A stretch of 64,000 nt of DNA. It comes from Shigella phage A2. This document shows positions 57,639-64,000 of this stretch, one piece after another (positions within the stretch are counted from its first letter, which is position 1; the number at the start of each line of letters is the position of its first letter). The position numbers and the translations under genes were made by a program. The stretch is from the sequence record OP197928; one strand, 5' to 3'. The notes under the pieces were generated by a model, which was not told where the DNA came from, made no database searches, and worked only from the letters and a program-made list of their open reading frames with translations.

Positions 57639-57862
57639 TTTGGTTTACCTTCTTTAACGAAATCAGGATAAGGATAAAATCCCGAATAAAATCCTTCACC
57701 TTTATGATTGATGCATCCTTTATTAGAACAATAGCACCAATAATCGAAATCACAAGCCATTTCATCGTTGCATAAAGCAAAAACAACCGGCCACTTACAC
57801 TTTTCACAGTGGGCATTTTTAAGAATATTAGTTTGGCTCATAACCATGTAACCTTTAAGCAA
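57635..57862 (-). CDS. cysteine-rich small protein (8 Cys), 75 aa
   Basis: CEKCKW...C..DEMAC.F.YWCYCSNKGC. Confidence 0.45.
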   Translation of the reverse strand: MLKGYMVMSQTNILKNAHCEKCKWPVVFALCNDEMACDFDYWCYCSNKGCINHKGEGFYSGFYPYPDFVKEGKPK

Positions 57863-58050
57863 TATTCTTCTACATGTTGTTTACGACCTTTCTTATCAAT
57901 AAAGGTATATTCAACGAATGTTCCAATGTAGTCTTTATCTACATCATGTGGACTATTAATTGGACATTTAGTACGGCAAATGCGTTCCCATTGACGAATA
58001 ATTACTGCTTTGTTTTTAGGATCAAACGGATGCGGGTAATGTACTTTCAT
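57838..58050 (-). CDS. hypothetical protein, 70 aa
   Basis: minus-strand ORF. Confidence 0.45.
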   Translation of the reverse strand: MKVHYPHPFDPKNKAVIIRQWERICRTKCPINSPHDVDKDYIGTFVEYTFIDKKGRKQHVEEYCLKVTWL

Positions 58051-58501
58051 AATCCACCACTATTAAATCAATATCAGGAGTAAACATGTCGATTAATTTA
58101 GAAACCTTATCCCAATCGCCGCCAGCAATACCACAACCTATGCGTGGAATGTAAATTACTGGTTTAAACAAAAGGGTTTCTGCCTGTAGATTTAATTCTA
58201 TCATGCAGTTTACTAAAGCACCATAATCAAGATTAGGACCTGGTTCGTATTGCGTATACAAGTTATAACATATACCAAAACCATTAGGTTTATGTTTAAA
58301 AACAATAGACATATCGCCTAATTTATCACGAGAACCGTACTCAGTAGTGGTTTTATCTATTTCTAAAATTTTAGGATAGGCTCTTGCTAATTGACCCGCT
58401 ACACCTGAACCCATAGTATGAAAACAATTGCACCCGTGCGCAATAATATTACCTTGAAGAAATAGGGCGACAATATCGCCCTTGATATATTTTACAATCA
58501 T
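58022..58501 (-). CDS. macro-domain protein (putative ADP-ribose binding/hydrolase), 159 aa
   Basis: GDIV..(x)..NIIAHGCNC..MGSGVAGQLARAYP and C-terminal PRIGCGIAGGDW resemble macro-domain signature motifs (GDIT..VNAAN..GGGGV.GAI, ..STGVYGYP). Confidence 0.5.
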   Translation of the reverse strand: MIVKYIKGDIVALFLQGNIIAHGCNCFHTMGSGVAGQLARAYPKILEIDKTTTEYGSRDKLGDMSIVFKHKPNGFGICYNLYTQYEPGPNLDYGALVNCMIELNLQAETLLFKPVIYIPRIGCGIAGGDWDKVSKLIDMFTPDIDLIVVDYESTLPASV

Positions 58502-58839
58502 CTAGTACTCAATCCTCGATTATAAGAATCTACCAAACGGTCAACCATTGAATGACAAGCGGCTTTATCTTTTTCCTCCGCAACTGAACATTCTAAGGTA
58601 TTCCACTTTTTAGCATATCGTTTTAACAATGTATCATTTTTGTATCTGCTTGATTTATCTCTTTCTCCGTCTTTATATGCATATATTAATTTCTGTGCAA
58701 ATTCAGCTTGGCATGCTTTATTTTTCCCGCAATAATCCGCTGCAGTACGGTTTACATACTCTCTAATTTCAGTATATGATGTATCTGCTAACGCAGAAAA
58801 TGAAATTAATCCTATACATAAAACCAAAATTTTAGTCAT
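58498..58839 (-). CDS. secreted protein, 113 aa
   Basis: signal peptide MTKILVLCIGLISFSALA; 4 Cys. Confidence 0.5.
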   Translation of the reverse strand: MTKILVLCIGLISFSALADTSYTEIREYVNRTAADYCGKNKACQAEFAQKLIYAYKDGERDKSSRYKNDTLLKRYAKKWNTLECSVAEEKDKAACHSMVDRLVDSYNRGLSTR

Positions 58840-59377
58840 TTACTATTTCCAAAAGTTTATTATTTTTAAGGTAATTAGCCTTTTCTAGGACTTCAGAAGC
58901 ATATTTAGAGCCTGCTTTAACATTCCATCCCGAATTATAAGAGGATATTGCTTTTCTTATATCGCCCTTATGTATATTTAACCAATAAGAAAGTTCAATG
59001 TACGCCCAGGAAGCTGAATTGGATCGTTTATTCAACATTCTTTTTATTTCAGCATCGGTCATATTATAACCAAGTTCCTTAACTCTTGCTCGCATAGTAG
59101 GCAAATAATTTTGGAACATTCCATAAGCGTGATGCTTTGGTTTAGATTTTAAATTAACTCCGCCAGAGCTTTCTTGCCATAAAATAGCAGCCATTATATG
59201 ACCTAATCCGCTCTTGTGGATATTTTTGTGTGTTTTATATTTTCCATCCTTAGAAAACTGTTCCCCGAATTGATACGCGTAACGCATGTTATCGAGTTGG
59301 ACATTACTGAAAGTATGCTCGGAGCTATGTGCCATCATTGAAATGGCCAATAGACCAGCGAGTAGTGCTTTTCTCAT
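58832..59377 (-). CDS. secreted lytic-transglycosylase-like (SLT domain) protein, 181 aa
   Basis: signal peptide; SLT-like motifs WQESSGG, YGMFQ, SSYNSGWN. Confidence 0.5.
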   Translation of the reverse strand: MRKALLAGLLAISMMAHSSEHTFSNVQLDNMRYAYQFGEQFSKDGKYKTHKNIHKSGLGHIMAAILWQESSGGVNLKSKPKHHAYGMFQNYLPTMRARVKELGYNMTDAEIKRMLNKRSNSASWAYIELSYWLNIHKGDIRKAISSYNSGWNVKAGSKYASEVLEKANYLKNNKLLEIVND

Positions 59378-59384
59378 GCTTACC

Positions 59385-59846
59385 TCATTGAGTTTTAATT
59401 ACTGCTTTAGAAGCCTTTCCTGGTAAACGACGACTATTGATAATTGCCATCCTGCACTGGAGTGACGGGTTTTTGAACTTCTCATTAGGCTTACAAACTG
59501 TAAATCCAAGCCAAAGATTTCCATCTGTGATTTCTAAACGTCCAGGACGATATTCAACCCCATCAATAAAATCCTCGTCAATGTCAGGACGCGGAGGCAT
59601 ACTCAGGAATTCATTAACTTCTAAAACATGGTCTTTTATTTTATGGAATAATTCAAAAACATATGTCTCATCAATCTCCCGTTGAATTGCACGATCAAGA
59701 AGATGCTGAGAATATTTTAGATGAAACGATGAGACCCCTGCTGCTTTTGATGCCTCACGAATCTCATTGTTAATTTGACGAAACTCCGACTCAAAGTGAC
59801 GACGAAGCTTATTTCGACGGATAAAAACTTCTGTATTGATAGTCAT
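59385..59846 (-). CDS. regB: endoribonuclease RegB, 153 aa
   Basis: 153 aa, MTINTEVFIRRNKLRRHFESEF...; early promoter upstream. Confidence 0.9.
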   Translation of the reverse strand: MTINTEVFIRRNKLRRHFESEFRQINNEIREASKAAGVSSFHLKYSQHLLDRAIQREIDETYVFELFHKIKDHVLEVNEFLSMPPRPDIDEDFIDGVEYRPGRLEITDGNLWLGFTVCKPNEKFKNPSLQCRMAIINSRRLPGKASKAVIKTQ

Positions 59847-59873
59847 GTTATTCTCCTCTTAACTGATAGAAAA

Positions 59874-59903
59874 ATTATACCACAGTCAAGAGGAAAAGTA
59901 AAC
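59874..59903 (-). promoter_or_regulatory. early promoter upstream of regB
   Basis: reverse complement GTTTACttttcctcttgactgtggTATAAT. Confidence 0.6.
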
Positions 59904-59905
59904 AG

Positions 59906-60184
59906 TTATTCTTTAAATCTAATCAATTTATTCATAGACTTTGAAACTTCTGCACGAACCTCATGTAAGTTTTTAAGCTGTTCAAGACGCTGCTCATAGT
60001 AAGCAATTTCATCTTCTTCGAGACAGTCCTGTGAATCTTCTTTAAGATAACGTGCATAGTCCTGAAAAGCTTTACGGACTACTTCCTGGAAGTCATCAAG
60101 ACTTTGAATTTTCTTAGGAGCGGCAGATACACGACGAGGTGCAGTATAATACTCATAACCAAACCCTGCACTTAATTGAGCCAT
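59906..60184 (-). CDS. hypothetical protein (vs-region), about 92 aa
   Basis: ATG overlapping upstream stop (TAATG). Confidence 0.45.
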   Translation of the reverse strand: MAQLSAGFGYEYYTAPRRVSAAPKKIQSLDDFQEVVRKAFQDYARYLKEDSQDCLEEDEIAYYEQRLEQLKNLHEVRAEVSKSMNKLIRFKE

Positions 60185-60450
60185 TAGTATTTTTCCTCTG
60201 GTTGGAACACTGCACGACAAGCCCACATACTGGCTTCTTTGAGTTTCGTTTTAGCAATAGTTAACTGATCGAGGCTTTCAGCATAATTCTTCGCGAGTTC
60301 ATCGTCTTCACAGCTATCAAATGCTTCCCAAAATTCATCGTATAAAGCATCAAAGATAAGTCCTAAACGAACTTCAGCGTCTTTAATAGCATTTACTTTA
60401 CCGATTTTTTCGTCGGTATGTGGCTTATAACCTTTAATATCTTCAATCAT
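60184..60450 (-). CDS. hypothetical acidic protein (vs-region), about 88 aa
   Basis: ATG 60448-60450 with GAGGAAG SD. Confidence 0.45.
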   Translation of the reverse strand: MIEDIKGYKPHTDEKIGKVNAIKDAEVRLGLIFDALYDEFWEAFDSCEDDELAKNYAESLDQLTIAKTKLKEASMWACRAVFQPEEKY

Positions 60451-60664
60451 ATTTGACTTCCTCGCCAGTACATAAATCGTATTCAACTAAACGAATAGGT
60501 TCATGAATGCCATATCCTTGAACAGAAATTTCTGTCGTAGGATAAATTCCATCAATATCACCCATATTCCAGGCTTCATTAAATTGCTGTTCGCCTGAAT
60601 TACTAAACCACTCGGCGAAAGCATTTAGCACATCTTTAGAACCTTCAATAATTATCTTTGCCAT
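60443..60664 (-). CDS. hypothetical protein (vs-region), 73 aa
   Basis: TAATG overlap with GrcA-like gene. Confidence 0.45.
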   Translation of the reverse strand: MAKIIIEGSKDVLNAFAEWFSNSGEQQFNEAWNMGDIDGIYPTTEISVQGYGIHEPIRLVEYDLCTGEEVKYD

Positions 60665-61026
60665 TACAAACTCTCAGTAAAGGTACGAGCGATAACGTCG
60701 CGCTGCTGTTCCGGAGTCAGAGAGTTAAAGCGAACTGCATAACCAGATACACGGATGGTCAGCTGCGGATATTTTTCCGGATGCTTAACTGCATCTTCCA
60801 GAGTTTCACGACGCAGAACGTTAACGTTCAGGTGTTGACCACCTTCAATTTTAACTGTAGGCTGTGGCTCAATTTCAATTTCACGAGCATGCAAACCGTA
60901 GAAAATTTCTGGGTCTACAAAAGAGTCCTCTTTAAAGGTTTTAGAGACAATAATTCGTGCTTGAATACCATCTTCAAAATAAATAGTACCTTTATGTGTG
61001 CCTTCAAGAATTTGATATGCTTTCAT
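60664..61026 (-). CDS. autonomous glycyl-radical cofactor (GrcA/YfiD-like; T4 Y06I-type), 120 aa
   Basis: C-terminal glycyl radical motif [27 protein letters not shown]; C-terminal half matches E. coli GrcA as recalled. Confidence 0.8.
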   Translation of the reverse strand: MKAYQILEGTHKGTIYFEDGIQARIIVSKTFKEDSFVDPEIFYGLHAREIEIEPQPTVKIEGGQHLNVNVLRRETLEDAVKHPEKYPQLTIRVSGYAVRFNSLTPEQQRDVIARTFTESL

Positions 61027-61033
61027 ATAAACC

Positions 61034-61363
61034 TCAATTAGAAAATAAATTTATCCAAGATTGTTCTTTAATTAAAAATGGCTCAGAATCATATGCCATT
61101 AAACTTTGGGTGATTAGTCCTTTAAAAGGTCCATCAATAAATTCCATGGTAAAATATGGAATTTTATTCATTAACTGTGCGTTAGGAGCAGTGCACAACA
61201 CTCTGCATCCTTTGAATACGCCTTTTTGTAATTTGTATTGCTTGGGATAAAATTCGCTTAAAATGTTGTTATTTGCCAAAATTTCAAAATGATTCACCAA
61301 TTTATTTTTAATAGTTTTTGGCGAAAAATAAAGATATTCGAAAAGCTGAGTGTCTGTCATCAT
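61034..61363 (-). CDS. hypothetical protein, about 109 aa
   Basis: ATGA overlap with upstream gene. Confidence 0.4.
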   Translation of the reverse strand: MMTDTQLFEYLYFSPKTIKNKLVNHFEILANNNILSEFYPKQYKLQKGVFKGCRVLCTAPNAQLMNKIPYFTMEFIDGPFKGLITQSLMAYDSEPFLIKEQSWINLFSN

Positions 61364-61899
61364 TGCATTCCGATTACGAAAAACTGTGGACGAGTAATAC
61401 CACCAATGCAACATTTACTATTACAGCAGTAGTGTACAGTGTCAATATGGACGCTATAAATCTTATCCATATCAGGAGATTTGACAGGCTCATCAATTAT
61501 ATACAAAATTCGCGAAAGCGATAAACCTCTGAACTTGCTTCCTTTATTACCAATAAAACTGCGCACAGAATCAGTAAATAAACGAAAACGTATATCATCA
61601 TTAGAATAACGCGAAAATTCCTTTTTAATGTTATTTGCAGAAATTTTAGCGTAAGCTGAAGTATTAGAAAGAACAATAACTGTTCCGCCATCATACAACC
61701 AATTAGCAGCAAAGTTAGTCACAGCAATTGATTTACCGGATTGACGTCCACCATCTATACGAAGTGTGCAGTACTGTTTAAGTAATTCTTCAAATGGCGG
61801 GATATATTCGTTTTTACAAATTTCTTCTACTCTAGCGTCAGAATGGTGTGTAAAAGCATTCATCAGGGATAGATAAGGACCAGTTAAAAATGTTCTCAT
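61360..61899 (-). CDS. hypothetical protein with P-loop-like motif, 179 aa
   Basis: ATG 61897-61899; Walker-A-like GGRQSGKS. Confidence 0.45.
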   Translation of the reverse strand: MRTFLTGPYLSLMNAFTHHSDARVEEICKNEYIPPFEELLKQYCTLRIDGGRQSGKSIAVTNFAANWLYDGGTVIVLSNTSAYAKISANNIKKEFSRYSNDDIRFRLFTDSVRSFIGNKGSKFRGLSLSRILYIIDEPVKSPDMDKIYSVHIDTVHYCCNSKCCIGGITRPQFFVIGMQ

Positions 61900-62039
61900 T
61901 TTATTCTCTCTAAATTTGGGCCATTCCGTGGCGCATGAATTGTCCATTCCTGCATTACCCATTACCGCACTTGGGCTCGACCTTATTACAGGTTGGCGGG
62001 AATCCCTCACAGAATCATGAGGTCCAGGTTGTTCCCATA

Positions 62040-62513
62040 TTATTTGAACGATTTAACGTACTGAATAGAACCCTTACTATTCACAAAGGCAATTTTACCA
62101 TTTTTATTATACATGGTAGCAGTACGCTGATAACCATAGGTTTGTTTACCAGATTGATAACCAACTAATGCAAAATTATCTTCACCCATTTTATTCTGTT
62201 TAGCGCGAATGCGTTCATGACCATGTGCCATAAGAACCTTAGCATCACCAGTTGCAATGGATCGACGAGTTTTTTCATCTTCAACTGCATTAACAAAGTC
62301 GTCAAATGAATCAAATTTAGCATGAGATTTATTATACAGTTTTCCATCTACTGCATAATTATATCCTTGTACATCCATCTCAACTTCTGTACCATCATCC
62401 AATACAGCAGTGATTTTTTGACCTTTTTTAAATTTCAAAAGATCAGTAAAAGATTCAGCAATAATTTGAGAATTAATAGCTGCTTCAGTAATAAATTCTT
62501 GATATGTTTTCAT
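62040..62513 (-). CDS. putative head internal protein with capsid targeting sequence, 157 aa
   Basis: N-terminus MKTYQEFITE (CTS consensus); AAGGAAA SD. Confidence 0.6.
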   Translation of the reverse strand: MKTYQEFITEAAINSQIIAESFTDLLKFKKGQKITAVLDDGTEVEMDVQGYNYAVDGKLYNKSHAKFDSFDDFVNAVEDEKTRRSIATGDAKVLMAHGHERIRAKQNKMGEDNFALVGYQSGKQTYGYQRTATMYNKNGKIAFVNSKGSIQYVKSFK

Positions 62514-62529
62514 GTGTTTCCTTTAATTT

Positions 62530-62847
62530 TTATTCTTTAGGGAAGTTTTTAGAATATGCATCATAAAGCTTATTTCCAATACGGCGGAAAACTCTAGCCG
62601 CAAAACGATTTTCTGGGTTTTTAATCATGATTTGCATCATATAAGTACCCGCGTCAGAAAGAGCTTCTTCATAGTACCCGTTAATTTCTTTAAGAGTCCT
62701 ACGTTTACCGCCAGGACCATCAACAGTGATTTTCCATTTACCTGTAGAAGTGCGACTTGGCGGCTCAACTTGTTCAATCCAGATATAACCGCCTTCTACA
62801 CGTTGTCCTGCGGCAGATTCTGCAATAAATTCTTTATACGTTTTCAT
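62530..62847 (-). CDS. putative head internal protein with capsid targeting sequence, 105 aa
   Basis: N-terminus MKTYKEFIAE (CTS consensus). Confidence 0.6.
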   Translation of the reverse strand: MKTYKEFIAESAAGQRVEGGYIWIEQVEPPSRTSTGKWKITVDGPGGKRRTLKEINGYYEEALSDAGTYMMQIMIKNPENRFAARVFRRIGNKLYDAYSKNFPKE

Positions 62848-62856
62848 ATGTTTCCT

Positions 62857-63273
62857 TTAAATGTAAATATTTTTGCCGTAATACTTGTACCAGTGTGGCT
62901 TCATTAAAATTTTTTCATCGAGTCGTTGTTGACTCAATTTAATAGCTGATTTGCATGGATTATAATCATTTTTCCATTCTGCTGGAATATCACTGATGTC
63001 AGGAACTTCAGTATCTTTTATACTAAACCCACGTTTTAAGCATTCCGTTATAATGTCTGATTGACGCTTTCGCAAAAATTCTAACTTATCGTAAAAGAAC
63101 GTAACATGACCAGAACCTAAAATAAACTCGGAAGATATTTTAAAATCTTTAACCCGCTTACCATTTGCCACGTGTTTACGAACTATACCAAAAACACGTG
63201 GCAATTCACGGTATTCTGCGATTAAATGCTGATCAGCAAGTTCAGATACTAAAGTCAAATTAATACGAGTCAT
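62857..63273 (-). CDS. denV: endonuclease V (pyrimidine dimer DNA glycosylase) DenV, 138 aa
   Basis: [17 protein letters not shown]...YRELPRVFG; 138 aa. Confidence 0.9.
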   Translation of the reverse strand: MTRINLTLVSELADQHLIAEYRELPRVFGIVRKHVANGKRVKDFKISSEFILGSGHVTFFYDKLEFLRKRQSDIITECLKRGFSIKDTEVPDISDIPAEWKNDYNPCKSAIKLSQQRLDEKILMKPHWYKYYGKNIYI

Positions 63274-63298
63274 TTTATCCCTCCAAGTAACTGTGAAT

Positions 63299-63328
63299 AT
63301 ACTATCACAGTTCTAGGAGAAAGTAAAC
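63299..63328 (-). promoter_or_regulatory. early promoter upstream of denV
   Basis: reverse complement GTTTACtttctcctagaactgtgaTAGTAT. Confidence 0.5.
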
Positions 63329-63332
63329 AACT

Positions 63333-64000
<668 letters not shown>

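Noticed and set aside
61900-62039. Possible tRNA or small RNA gene in the 140-bp gap
   Set aside because: No cloverleaf can be drawn, and there is no T-loop (GTTCRANYC) or conserved D-loop motif; the T4 tRNA cluster lies beyond e, outside this window. Retained only as a low-interest structured-region finding.

Overview
This window is a contiguous ~64 kb segment of a T4-like (T-even, Tequatrovirus-type) myovirus genome, running from rIIA (window position 1 is its stop codon) through the early/replication gene block to lysozyme e. About 125 protein-coding genes are packed almost end to end, nearly all on the minus strand, with many ATGA/TAATG stop-start overlaps. I recognise from sequence and length: rIIA, a fused topoisomerase subunit (genes 39+60), dexA, dda, srd, modA/modB, soc, 56, 61, sp, dmd, 41, 40, uvsX, 42, imm, 43, regA, 62, 44, 45, rpbA, 46, 47, alpha-gt, 55, nrdG, nrdD (intronless), 49, nrdC, rI, tk, regB, a GrcA/YfiD-like glycyl-radical cofactor, denV and e. 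Regulation is typical T4: about 18 early promoters (GTTTAC -35, 18-bp spacer, ggTAtAAT -10), MotA-box middle promoters, TATAAATA late promoters upstream of soc and e, the gene 43 translational operator hairpin, and a family of UUCG-tetraloop hairpins/terminators, all on the minus strand. I found no tRNA genes, CRISPR arrays, introns or homing-endonuclease genes. Relative to T4 as I recall it, the phage is mosaic: 39/60 fused, a different glycosyltransferase in the beta-gt slot, RB69-like Soc, and no dam between 56 and 61. The candidates I rate highest for novelty are three proteins starting with the internal-protein capsid-targeting sequence MKTY(K/Q)EFI(x)E (one is a 54-aa ORF missing from the ORF track), a macro-domain protein next to a secreted SLT-like transglycosylase, and a Pol-beta-type nucleotidyltransferase next to an AAA+ ATPase; other observations include four consecutive coiled-coil-tailed proteins and a plus-strand small membrane ORF. 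All homology statements are from memory and motif reading; none were checked against a database.
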